Shown piece by piece: positions 36,201 through 48,600 of a stretch of DNA of 64,000 nucleotides. Made by a program: the position numbers and the translations under genes. How positions within the stretch are numbered: position 1 is the first letter of the stretch; each line of letters starts with the position of its first letter. This DNA comes from Amphiscolops sp. MND2022. Its lineage: Eukaryota. The DNA lies in contig OZ076409.1 of NCBI GenBank assembly GCA_964187785.1, positions 91,576,001 to 91,640,000 on the forward strand, in the 5' to 3' direction. A model generated the notes under the pieces. The model ran no database searches. It saw only the letters and a program-made list of their open reading frames with translations, and had not been told where the DNA came from.

Positions 36201-37368
36201 GTCCTATTTAGATACTAAGTGCTTCAGTCGGAGTCTCATGAGACGGCGTGATTCTGGCTTCTTCACGTTTGGCGAAATGTGTCGCTACATCCGCAAACTG
36301 TGCAGTCGTGCCATCCTACCGAAGCACACTCCTGCGGATACTGATTGGTCTGGTCTTCTGCAACTTTCCCCAGATGAGTGTCGAGAGTTATCTTCCCGAG
36401 ACTTCCTCAATCGCCTGAAGTTGAAATTTGACCTAGACGGGGCCTCTTGGGCTAAGGCTCGAAAACAGAACAGCGGCAAGAAGAATTTGAACACCAACAT
36501 TGATGGATTAGCGGAGACTGTCAGAGATAACTTCGCTACCCAAGCCCGTAGTTATGTGGTGTTCCTTTTGGACTCTCTGCTCAAGGATATCAGAGTGAAC
36601 GCTGGTATTGTTCGAGGGATGGCAAGTTTCGACCTCACTGTGCTGTTGACGCAACCCATGGAGCAGGCTTTGTTCTGCTTCCGAGCTTTGTACCACAGTT
36701 TCCAACGCCGTGGATGGGTTTTGACTGCTGACGAGACTGAGTACCGCGAGGAGTATGTGGAATTCATTGACCATTTACGGAATTCTTGTGGAAGCTTCCG
36801 GACTCCAGAGTTGGTTACGGACGTCGTGGACTTGTTGATGCCAATGCCTGCCCTGCGTAACAGGCCCAGATTACTCCATCTTTTTAAGCTCAGTTGTCTT
36901 TGTCTGACTGAAAGTAGCGCTAGCCTGCCTCCTATTCAATTCCAAGGGATGGATACCTCAGATCCTGATTGCCGTTTATCAAGCATCATGTTGCCAGCTC
37001 AATCATATTTGTCAACGATGTCTCGTTTTGTAGATTCTTGTGTAAATGAAGCAGCATTAGCTAAATTCCACGAGCTTGAGACACGACTTGATTCTGGAAA
37101 TGTTCCTGGTGATCCTTGGGCGCATGTCGACTCTTTTGGCCAGGGGAAATTCTACAAGGCGCTCCTAGCATCTTTCAAATCACAGATTGCCGATGCTAGT
37201 CCTACAAAGCTCGTTCGCAGTCGTTCCTCTTCCGTTGTCAACTCAAATTCTGGGGCTGCCTTCGTTTCGCCAGGGAAAACAGCTAAATCAGCTCATGAGG
37301 GGGTTATCCCGTCCTCAGAGGTCACTAAAGCTGTAAGGGAGTTGCAAGAAGGATCTTCTAAATGCTAA
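33260..37368 (+). pseudogene. Spliced antisense gene inside the retrotransposon; BED-finger, hAT-transposase-like protein of about 1250 aa (disabled copy)
   Basis: Exons 33260(or 33314)-35107, 35176-35661, 35733-35867, 35974-36055 and 36113-37368, joined by frame-preserving GT-AG introns. NLS-like PPKKRRR and FYCRIC..RHYQTETH finger. Two frameshifts (about 33560 and 34490) and two TGA stops (34745, 36163). Confidence 0.8.
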
Positions 37369-37599
37369 ATGTACATAGTGTGCATTTGTCTTTAGTCCAA
37401 ATTCATGTATCTATAGTAGACTGATTAATTTCATTTCTTTTGTTGTGATTTTGTTACATGTTCGTTGTGGCTTTGTATTGTTCGCCACCTATTCTGTTTC
37501 TATATATACATGTGTATTAAAAGAAAGGTCAGCATTAGTGCCAGTAAAGAACATCGATTCAGTCCAAGTAGTTCTTGGGGCTTTAATTTACATGTCTGG

Positions 37600-40500
37600 C
37601 TAATATCTGTATTCATCAGTAAAGTTGGGGGTGGGGTTAGGTCGAAGATTATATTTCCCTCCTCTAGGGCTAGAATTTTCTTCATCTTTTCCATTTTCCG
37701 ATATTCCGGGCACGGTAATATCTACGCCGCCTTTTGAAGCAATTTCCGCGTTTTCTAAATCATTAGTGACGTCATTTTGCTTTTGTGTCCCACGTGGCGT
37801 TTCGCTCAGCGGGGACGACGTATCTCGGCTAGTGGCCGGTTGCGTCCTTATTTCATCTTCGGTGACGTTAGTGTCGTCTCGCGACTGCTTTGGCGTCTCG
37901 TCCTGTAGGGACGTTGTTCCGCGGTTAGTGGCCGTGTTCGGCCTAATTTCATTCTTAATGACGTCATCTTCATTCTTTGCGCTGCTGCGTTCATCTCCAT
38001 TCGCGCTGCTATTTTCATTCTCGGTGACGTAATGGTCCACTTCACCGTTCGTGGCGTCTCGTGGCAGACGCGTGGCCGTGTCTGGCCAATCATTTTCCCT
38101 CGTCTCAAACAGCTCGTATTCGAAGTCCGCTTCCCATGAAATGGTATACAAATCATCTTGCGGTATTACAATTTCTTCATCGGGCTGTAATTTCTCTTCT
38201 TCGTATTTGTCCTCTAATGGAGCATTTGGGACAAATTTTTTGAGCCTTATCCGGTGCAAGATTTGCGTTTTATTCGTATCTAAACGACGCACTATATAAT
38301 TGTTATTTGGTAGAGTTTTTTGAACGACAAAAGGACCAATCCATCGGAAGTCCCTGAATGGTATTTTAGATCCTTGGCTATCCGCTTTCGGTTGGAGAAC
38401 AAAACAGTAGTCTTTCTCCTGTAGCGGAGCCGCTTTGGCCTTGCGGTCGTAGTACTCCTTGTACTTTAAATACGACTGCATAATGTTCCTTTTGGTTTGA
38501 TCAATGAGGATTTGCGTCCTCTGCTGCAATTCTTCCGCGAATTCAGTCGTCGGTAGGAAATTTTTGTTAGGATTATTCCCTAATTTGTGATCCAGGACGT
38601 TATAGGGAATTCGGCCATGAAAGACTTTGCTAGGCTCACAACCAATACTAGCGTGATAAGTAGTGTTATAGTTAAGCACAGCTAATGGTAAATATTTGTG
38701 CCATTGACGACGGTATTCCCCTGAGGCCATCTTTAGGTTGGTTTTTAAAGAGGCGTGAGTCCTTTCAAGTTTACCAATAGTTTGCGGATGTTTAGTAGTG
38801 GCACACTTCAATGTGATCCCCAGTATTGCAGTAATTTCTTCTAAAATTTTTGATGTAAATGCGGATCCCTTGTCCGTGATGAGTGTTGTTGGCAAATACG
38901 AATGTTTCGTCATGATGTCAATTATCACCTTGGCTACGTTTGCGGCTGTTGCCTCAATTAGCGGGTAGGCGAATAAAAATCTTGAAAATACATCTATTGC
39001 CGTCATCACCGTTTGGTATCCGCCGCTAGTTGGTAAATTTGGCAGTAAATCGATTTGCATGGCATCTTCTGGGCCTAGGTCCCATTCAGGTAAATTCAGT
39101 AATTCTGGGGTGATTACCGTGTTGGGGACCCTTTTGTCCTTGGCACATGTTTCGCAGCCTTCTACCCATTTTTTGACGTGTTTTGCAATTCCGGGGTAGT
39201 AGTATTTTTGGCGAATTTCCTGTAGCATCTTAGAAATGCCCGGGTGTCGATGTGCCGTGCCATGTATTGCTTGTAATAATTCTTTGAGTAAATGCTTTGG
39301 CAATAAGATTTGATGATATTTGACCTTTCCGGTTTCATCGTAGTACTGCCGCGTCACTATCTCGTCTTTGAGGATTATTCGGTCTATGTTGTTCAAGTAA
39401 TACTTGTACCGAATATCCTGTTGAAGGATTTCTTCAGAGTATTCTTCTTTTTGAAGTTTCGCCCTCAATTGGAGGAGAATCGGGTCTCTGGATTGTTCAA
39501 GCAGTATCTGATTTGTTCTTCTTAATTTCTGCGTGAAATTAGTAATCTCTTCGACGGTATTTTTTGATATAGCGTCAATTTGGATTACTGTCTCAGGGAC
39601 TATGAGGCCCTTTTTGGATTGTTGTTTCCGTTCCCAAATTTGTTGCTCTGTCTCATCGTCTGCCTCAGTAAAGAAGACCTGCTCTTCTTCAGATACTCCC
39701 GCTGATTGAACATTGACCTCAGTCGGTCGGGTTTCGACGTCTTCACGTATTTTCAGGACTAACTTTTCAGTAGGGTCCATTTCCATACGTGACAGGTAGT
39801 CCGCCGCTGTGTTATTTTTGCCTGGAATGTGCGCTATGACAAAGTTGAATTGAATGACAAAATCGCAAGCATTCCAGAATGGCGGTGGGATTATTTTCGT
39901 CTGGAAGAACCTCGTGACCGATTTGTTATCTGTGAGAATGATCACAGGTTGAGGGGTTCCCCAGAAGATATGTCCAAATTCTTTAAACGCATAATATATG
40001 GCTAGGAATTCCTTTGCGTATATCGACATTTTGAGCTGAGAGGGAGTAAAGGTTTTTGATCCGTAAGCAATTGGCGCATATGATTTCTTGACAGAGGTGT
40101 ATTTTTGATTTGGGTCATCTTCGGTCAGTATGGCGTAACCAGCTGCCGTAAAACTTGCGTCAGTCATGAGGACTAGCTGTTTGTTGGGCAATGGTTGTTT
40201 CAGCGCTAGTTGACTGCACCTGTCTAAATCTCTGTTGATTTGATTGAACTGTTCAACTAGTTCGGTTGTCACTACGACTTTCTCATCCTTCTTGAGCAGC
40301 TGGAAGAAGGGAACTAATTTTTCCGATAATCTGGGTATATAATTCCTGTAGTAGTTGAAGAAACCAAGATAACGTTGTAGGGCCTTCTTGGACTTCGGGA
40401 ATTTCGTCTTTTCCAGGAAATTAGTGATTCTTTCTTTTTGGGGTTTTACGCCTTCAGGTGTAATGGTTCTCCCAAGAAAGTCAATTTCAGTAGCGCCGAA

Positions 40501-42794
40501 ATGGCACTTGTGCATGGACAATTTCAATCCTGCTTCCCTGATACATTGGAACGTTGCTCTTAAGTTGACGATGAGCTGGTTAGCGTCTATCGCCGCGACA
40601 CCGATATCGTCCACATATTGAGCACATTGGTCTGCTTTTATAACACGATCCAAGTATTCCCTCATGAAACTGGAGAAGGCCGACAGGGCTCTACTGAGTC
40701 CTTGGGCCAATCTTCTATATGCAAATGTCCTGCTGGCGAAGTTAAAAGCTGGCATTTCAATCGATTTCTGGTCTGCCATAGGAAGGCAATGATAAGCTTG
40801 GGAACAGTCGAGTTTGCAAAAGAGCTTTTTGCCTGCCATATGTTGCGCCGCATCCGTCAAGGTGATGACTGGGTGGTTGTTATTGACGTAGTCATCTGAA
40901 ATCAGATTATTGATCTTTCGCAAATCCACCAACAGTCTCAGTTTTCCATTGGGTTTTTCTGCGCAAATATTGGACTGGCGTACTTCGAGAATGGTAGTGT
41001 TGTTATAATCTCATATTTATGGAGTAACGCCAGTTCAACCAATATGTCTTCTTTGAGGTTGACCGGGGTAGGTAGGCTCTGACTGTAGGCAGGTGATTCG
41101 TCTTTTGGGGTCAGTTTGACCGTAAATTCCTCATTGACGCCAATGTCAAATCTATGGCGTGCAAAGATGTCATGGAATTCCACTAATAGAGTTTCTATTT
41201 GTCTGATTTCATGTTGTTGTAACATTGAGTCCTTCCAATCAAAATTGCTGAGGAATTTTCGACGAGATTCCGCATCGTCGTGCGGGTTGAGTTGTTCTAA
41301 ACTTTGCAGGTTTCGTAATTCTTTGAGAATTCTTTGTTGTATTGGGGTATGGGTCGTTTCGTCCCCTGGGTTTTCAGGCGTCGGGAACCAATATTGTTCG
41401 TATTGGTCATTATTTCTGTTAGCTTTAAGAAGGCTACTAATATAATAAATAGCGTCGTCTTCATTTTCATTCAGTAAGTGCCAGGTGGACACTGGGTCTA
41501 TTGGCCTGACGTGTTTCATCTGTTCAGGGGTCATCACTGAAAAGTTTGCAATGTGCATCCCTTTCTTTATTTTATAGCGTTGATCAGTGAAATTGTTGAC
41601 GTGTATTCTCATAGCCCCTTCATGTAGTGTGACTATGGCGGCACAGAAGGTTATGTCGCCTTCTTCGTGCAGAAGATCGCTGGGTTGCAATATGCCCGTA
41701 ACTGCATTTTCTGCGTAAATTTGTGATTGAATGGGTATGACCACATGGTCATTGGGCGAGATTGTGACATCCTCAGTGTTGAGGATGGGTTCCAAAACAT
41801 TTGAGTATTTATGGTCAGCCGTCTTGAGTTGCATCGAGAAGTAGGGAAAGTTGAGTATACCTTGGCGCATGTCCAGGACAGTGTGGTTCCTTTGAAGGAA
41901 CATTAGTCCAATTATGGGGCTTGACAGTTTTTCCATTACAATGAAAATTTCGTGAAATTCTATGTCGCCCACTTCGAATTTTAGTTCGACTGTGCTCTTT
42001 GGGGTTTCTAAGTCTCCATTTGCGACCATTTTTTGGAAGGATGGGGCAGGACCTTCTTTTAACAATGGATTGGGGGGCCAACAGGCGTATTTTCCTGAGG
42101 TCTGCCTCCGGGATTGCACTGGAGTGAGCTCCAGTGTCTATCAGGCCATCTAGAGTTAATTCCCCAAAGTCCATTGGGAAATAGAGCATTCGTCGTTTGA
42201 ATTTAAGTCCAAGGTTTGTTGAAAGGGGAACGTATGGTAATTCTCCTTCTTTGGTCACTAGGAGGTGTAAGAAGGCTGTCTCGTCTAAAAGACTATTAGG
42301 AGCCTTGTGGTCCTCCTGTGTGTGTATGGCGTCTACTTCTTGTGTAGTTGCCTCAAAGTTTGGCTGCCAAAGATCAATGAGGGCCCGAGACAGTGTGTTG
42401 TCTTCAATGTCTGGGTCGTCCTCGTCGTCAGTTGGAGGGTAATCTTCGTTTCGAAATTGTAAATTTGTTTTGTCATATAGTTCTTCGTCCCAGTACGGGT
42501 CTTGGCCATACTCGGGGTCATAGTATTGAGGGTTATAATCTTCGACAGTTTGTAAGGGTCTAAATTGAGTTTCGGAGTCGTTGTAATTGCTATTCCGTCG
42601 ATATAAGTATGGGTGATCACTGTGAATGATATATTGAGTTTCTCTGCGGGCGTCGGCCATCTGCTGCTGCCAGACAGTCGATGGCATCCCTGTGGTGTCG
42701 TTTTGAGTTTGTTTATAAGTAATGTTTGCAGGGTCAGATATGACGTACTGTCGTACTGACATCTTGTTACATATTTGGAGTCGTGGCGAAATTA
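37600..42794 (-). pseudogene. pol: pol: protease, RT, RNase H, integrase (two frameshifts, about 42060 and 40955)
   Basis: LIDTGA protease; YVDD RT; TDAS..ADYLSR RNase H; HHCC, DDE (IDLL, TDKGSAF, LERTH) and WIGPF integrase motifs. Confidence 0.93.
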
Positions 42795-42801
42795 GTTTTT
42801 T
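42795..42801 (-). promoter_or_regulatory. -1 ribosomal frameshift slippery site A AAA AAC at the gag/pol junction
   Basis: gag ends GAC TCA AAA AAC TAA; the -1 frame reads KLISPRLQICNKMSVRQYV into the pol ORF. Confidence 0.8.
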
Positions 42802-43918
42802 GAGTCCGTTTTACGTGAGTTTGATTGGCCTGAAGATGCAGTTTCAGGGTTAGTTGACTTTTTGGACGATTTTTCATCGCCAGAGGTGTCATCAGCCTTA
42901 TCTTCAGGACGTGTCCTTTTGGGGCGTAAATGTGCTCCAGCCCCTTTCCAGCATCTTTCAACGGGGTGATTTTTCTTTCCGCAAGTAGGGCATTCTGGGT
43001 ATGTAGGACGTTGGGGCTTTTTGCCATTTTTGTCCTCCAGTTCTTTCTTCTTTTTCAATTTGGGGCAGCTCTTATAAAAGTGGTCTGTGGCTTTACAATA
43101 AGAGCATTGTGCGTCCTTATTAGTATTTATGCCATTAGAGAGCAAATTGTTGTTACTGGTGGACGCAGAGGCCATTGTGGCGATTGGCAAATCGTCTGAC
43201 TCTTCTAATGCGTTGAGTTCAAGCTCTCTTTCGAGATGAGCGACGATTTCTTCATATGTCCCGTTCTCCAGGCGGGCCATATTGACAGATCGTTTCAATT
43301 TTGGAGGCAGTTTTGCGTATAATAAGCTGTCAATCATGCTTTTTGCATTTTCGCCGAAAGCTTTTTCTGCCCCCCCCCTGGTTCAGTTCTTCCAAGAAAT
43401 CCAGCAATTTCATGGTATTCGGATCGAAAGTCAGCCGATGCCATTTGTGTTTTGCCGTTGCTTGGGATTCCGGTTTGACGTATTTTCTCCGGAATATGAT
43501 TAGCACATCCTCGAGTGTTTGACGGTTAATTGAGTTTATGTTCCTGAAGGTTTGCAGGGCCCCTTTTCTGAGCAATGAGTGAAAATGGTTTATTTTCATT
43601 TGCTCTGTCATGGTTGCATTTTGATCATTGTGTGGAACAAGTCCTCGAAAAGCTCAAACTTTTCGCTTTTTCCGTCAAATGTCATTGGTGTGGTTTGGAC
43701 CGGTCGGATGGTCATCGTTTGGGGTTTGTTTTGCGAGTTGACTAGTACATCAGCCAATCTGTTAAGCGGGTCCTGAGGTGTCTGTGGGACCTCAGGGTCT
43801 GGGGCTGGCAGAGTCGTGTCCAGAGAGACATTGTGGTTAGATTGTTGCCTCTCCAGGTTTGGGATTGAGTGGGTTCGTCCAGTCAGGAATTCGGGAATTG
43901 GCTGTTGGGTTTCGTTAG

Positions 43919-43930
43919 CTCCTGTCACCA
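43919..43930 (-). other. Primer binding site TGGTGACAGGAG
   Basis: Directly follows the ...TTACA end of the 5' LTR; one base from the tRNA-Leu-type PBS TGGTGTCAGGAG (primer identity is inference). Confidence 0.75.
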
Positions 43931-45679
43931 TGTAATGACTACGACCTGCAATGTCTCTTAAATCACATGCAGACTGTGAGTCCTTCTTTGCAAATTTTGA
44001 TTTAAACCCGGATGAACATTCCCTGTTTTCCTGGCTATTTGGGGAAACACTAGCCTCAGTGTCCCTATTTCCTGTGGAAGACATAGAACTCACAATGTTC
44101 TGGATTTCAGGAATGACTCTCTCAGAGATAGCATTGCTAATTGCCCTGTTTATCTGACTATGCACCATAGACATCATTGAATCCATTTCCTGTGACAGTC
44201 TAAGGTTGAACTCGTTTGAAAAGGTCTCAAGGGATTGCCTTATGTCATCTTGTCCAGGAAGATTATTTTCATGAGGAAAATTAGTATACTGATTCTCCAG
44301 GTATTCACTCGTCTCAATATCTCCTTGTACTGATGATTGTTCAATGGCATTGACTAATTCCCTTTCTATGGGGTTATTATTCGCATTGCCTAGCATCACG
44401 TCCATATTTTCTATGTCGGACAGCATGTCCATTTCTCTAGATTTCCTAGCTTTCGCCTTTTGACGTCTCGTAGAAGGCATAAGAGATTGTTGCAAGAGGA
44501 AAGAATTTGAATTGAAATCTTTAAGCTTGCAAACAGTATTGTATTCGGTATTATAACAGCGAACTGACTGTGACTTGTCATAGGAAGATTATGTCCCCGG
44601 GACAACGGGTCCCGGTTATTTATAATCAACCAAACATGACATGCATAATAGTGGTAGTCATCAGTCTAATTTTAGAAACAGGTATTCTAAAAATAGACAC
44701 AACATACAACGTGTCTTTACAAGCATATTATCGTAATACTAAAAATAGCAACAACCATGACGTAATTGATTTACGTGCTTCTACATATATGAAGTAGTTA
44801 CATTCAAAGATGTACATGTGCCCCTTCAGGCCATTCAATTGAGTTTCAGTAGCAACGCCTCATGTAAAACAATACATGCTAAATCATATGAAATAAATAC
44901 ATGCAAAGATGGTGTGTGAACATTGAGCTGTCCTTTGTGGCTTCTTAAGATACAAACAGCTCATTTTGACTTTCTATCCAGGAAGTTCTGGAAAATAAGA
45001 GAACAGAAAAGAGGGGGGAAAGGACTAATGGTCCTTTTGTAATCAAGGTGACAGATCTCCAATCAGAGTAAATATACCGCTTCTGAGATAGTACATTATC
45101 AATTTCAATATACGCACTTCTTTTATTCTACTTTGGACTCAGTGTCCACGCGCCCTTATTTAATGCTAAGGTAGCGTCGTTGTGGTGGCGTATGGCCCTT
45201 GAGTCCTTTAATTTAGAATACAGCACAGGAGTGAATAAGTGAGCAATTGAACAACGCACTGTGATTGGTTGAGAAATTGGACGGACAGCGCGTCTAGCGA
45301 GACAGGAAAGGAAACATTTGAACTCGTTTCTTTTACCTGTACGCCTTGGTGTCCAATTTCTCAACCGTGGTATATATCTATCACTGTTATACATGTATTA
45401 ATACACTATATTCAATTTTCAACTACATACTTTACATGGCTAATTCCGGATAATTATTCCAAAGCGTTTCAAATTTCATTAATATAAAAGCCCCGAATAA
45501 AATGATATACTTACATAAACATATGCGAAATCAATCATAATAAGATAAGTTTGTAGTTTGTCTTCTTAGACTTTTGGACTAATAGTCCATTCCTCAATTC
45601 ATTGGGAGGGTACCAGGGAGAGTATTGTAGTTGTATCCGACTGAGTACCAATTGCCGTCGCAGGCGGCAGCCCGCGACA
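43931..45679 (-). repeat. 5' LTR (1749 bp)
   Basis: Direct repeat of 29623-31370 with scattered substitutions. Confidence 0.95.
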
Positions 45680-48600
45680 ATCAAATACAGTCAAGAAAGC
45701 TTCAAAAAATCTATGAATATTCTTTTCTGGAACTACAAATTGAGTTTGAACGAATTTCGTTGTATACAGTTTATTAGGTGCTCTTTCTGTCATCTTCTGA
45801 TGAAATTGATACCTTCTTAAAGTTGAAGTTGAAATTGTAAATGACGTTTTTTTATCACTCAAAGCGTTCAGAATAGGCATGTCTTTAAACGTGCTTGGAA
45901 AGTGTTATATGAAGGGCTCAATAAAAGATCACATGGTAGTGAATTCCATATTTTAGCACCTGACACCCAGAAGCATCAATTTCCATAGGCACTGTTGGTA
46001 ATTCTGACAGTCATTTTTCGTTCTCTGGAATTTCTCAGATCGTACTGATCAAGTTGCTGATACCTGAAAAACGGCACCGACAAGTAAATAGGCAGAGGCA
46101 TGTCATTATAAAGACGGTATTCGAAGCATACGATTTTGTACTTAAGTCTTTTTTTAACAGGAAGCCAATGAAGTTCATTCAAAAGTGAGTTAACATTAGA
46201 AGTTCCTTGATGAAGAAGGAGGCATGCAGCTTTATTCTGAACGCTTTGCCTTTTAAGATCATGTAGTCCGGAGCACCATATAACAGTGAGTTACAAAAAT
46301 CAAGTCTACTGATAACGAAAGTGAGAATCAATATCTTTGTGAGATCGAATGGTAAACATTTTCGAATTGATGTTATCCTTCTGAGGTGATAGTAGAACTT
46401 CGCACTGGTGCTGTTGATGAAAGAAGAGAAACTTAACTTATTATCCAAAGTAGCTCCCAAATTTTTGACTCTATCTTTGATCTCAATTCTGATACCATCG
46501 TGAGTGATTGTCTCGGGAACACGAGTTCTTTGATTCGTAACGAACATACATTGAGTTTTTGAACTGTTTACTTTTAATTTCAAGGCGGCTAATAGTTTCA
46601 AAACACTGGTAATTATCTTTTTATGTTTCAGGAAATAGGCAAAGGTTGTCCCCAGATCAAATACCAAGTAAATCGTTATGTCATTGGGATAGATATGATA
46701 ACTAGCAAGAAATTCATTAAGTAGAGACCTCAATGTGAATAAGTAAAGAATGAAGAGCAATGGCCCTAAGATCGATCCTTGAGGAACACCTGTTTCGATA
46801 GATTTATCCTCAGAGTAACTACCATCAATGAGGACACATTGTGTTCGACCATTCAAGTAGGGTTTTATCAAGGAATGCGCCTGACCCATAATCGCAATTT
46901 GAAATAAATTTGACAGAAGTATTTCATTATCGCCGGTGTCGAACGCTGCTGATAGATCTAAGGATATCACCAGAAATGTACTCTTGTTGTTCAGGCCTCA
47001 TAAAAGATTTGAAGTTGGGTCTAATAACGCTGTCTCTGTTGAAAGATATTTTCTATACGCAGATTGATGCTCGTCAAATACTGCATGTTTATCCAAAAAG
47101 CGCTTGAGTTGCAGAGAAATGACCTTTTCATTAACTTTGGAAGCGAAATGCAAACTCGTGATTGGTCTGTAGTTTGATATTTCTTCGATGTCACCACTTT
47201 TAAAAATTTGATTAACTATCCCATGTTTGGAAGCAGTGGGGAAGACGGCATTAAGGAAAGACTCATTGATAATCTCAGACATCTGGTTATAGAAAAATGA
47301 CAACTTCTTCAGAATTCTTGAAGGCACATTTTGACTAGGTTGAGATTTCGACGACACTTGATTGATAACAAGCACTACATATTAGTCATCAACGTTTTCA
47401 AAGATTTCCAGAAAATCTCCAGGGGCCCGGATTTTGAAGTCCACTGATACTGGCGGAATGTTCCCAAGAATATTTTGAATTTTGGATTTAAAACATCATT
47501 ATATTTGTTTGCTAATTTCAAACGAGGAAAGAGCGAAGGTAGAGTTTGCTCCTTTTCAGATCCAAGGAGGGTTTCAATAGCCGCGAATTATCTCCATCAA
47601 CGTATCAGCTTCAATAGGTTCTTTTTCCAAAAACCTGCAACGTTTTTTATGAAAAAGCTTGAAGTACTTTTCCGTCGCAATTTGCATATGTAGTCCATCG
47701 ATGGTGGACCGCGTTTTTCTGAATAATCTTTCCAATTGACGCCGTTTCTTCTTACATGCTCACAATTCATTATCGTAAAAAGGGCAATCATGTTTCGAGA
47801 TGACTCTTTCCAGTTCTGGAGCCTATTGGTCACTTATTGTTTGAAGGGTTTCGAGAAACTGTCAATCAGAGGAGACCCTACGACAGACCACTGGTAATTG
47901 AAACAATCTTCATTGAAATCTACTAGGTTAATACTTTTCCACTTTCTAAATTTGACAACACACTTTTCACGATTTTCCTGAAAGAAATTCAAGAAATCGA
48001 ATTTTGGCCACTTATGATCCGATGTGGAGATACTAACAAGACCTATTTCAAGTTTTGTGGTCCAATGACAAGATCAAGAGTGTAATCACTTTTATGAGTA
48101 GGTAGTTCAACTGACTGTACCAGTTCAAACTCATCGAGAATATCTTTAACATCATCCGAAGCTGGACATATTCGATTGACGTGAATATTGAAATCGCCGT
48201 TACACAAGATGTATTCAGACGAAAAGTTCACAAGTAAGTCATGAAACTCTTCAAGAAAGAGTTGCAAGTTTCAAGAGGGTGGACGATAACAGCAGATAAA
48301 AATTATGGGATGATTCAAGGAAAATACTCGACAAGTAACAGTTTCGAAGTCTTGGTTGCAAAGATTTTGAATAACAGAAATAAACATATCTTTTCTATGT
48401 ATGAGCAAAATACCACCACCAGTCGAAAACTCCCTGGGAAAGGACAATGGAATATATTTTTCATGCAAACATTCTTTTATAAGAAAATTAACGTTTTCAT
48501 TTGTTTGGATCCAACTTTCAGTATTGGTAATCAGTTGTGACTGAGAGGATAGAATAGTGAAGTTAATTTCCATCGTCTTGTTTCTCACTGATTTAGCATT

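Larger units (their letters stand above)
42792..44480 (-). pseudogene. gag: gag (starts inside the 5' LTR; frameshifts about 43610 and 43370)
   Basis: FDGKSEKFELFEDLF capsid-like segment; knuckles CSYCKATDHFYKSC and CPTCGKKNHPVERC. Confidence 0.9.
29623..45679 (-). mobile_element. Full-length (16.06 kb) Ty3/Gypsy-type LTR retrotransposon with accessory genes
   Basis: Two highly similar TG..CA LTRs, PBS, PPT, gag with two CCHC knuckles and pol in PR-RT-RH-IN order; no matching TSD. Confidence 0.95.

Noticed and set aside
31285..37368. env gene in the usual post-pol position
   Set aside because: No signal peptide, furin site plus fusion peptide, or C-terminal TM anchor in either accessory gene.
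37625..42442. Plus-strand ORFs opposite pol (and minus-strand ORFs opposite dynamin)
   Set aside because: Shadow ORFs of real coding sequence with no motifs of their own.
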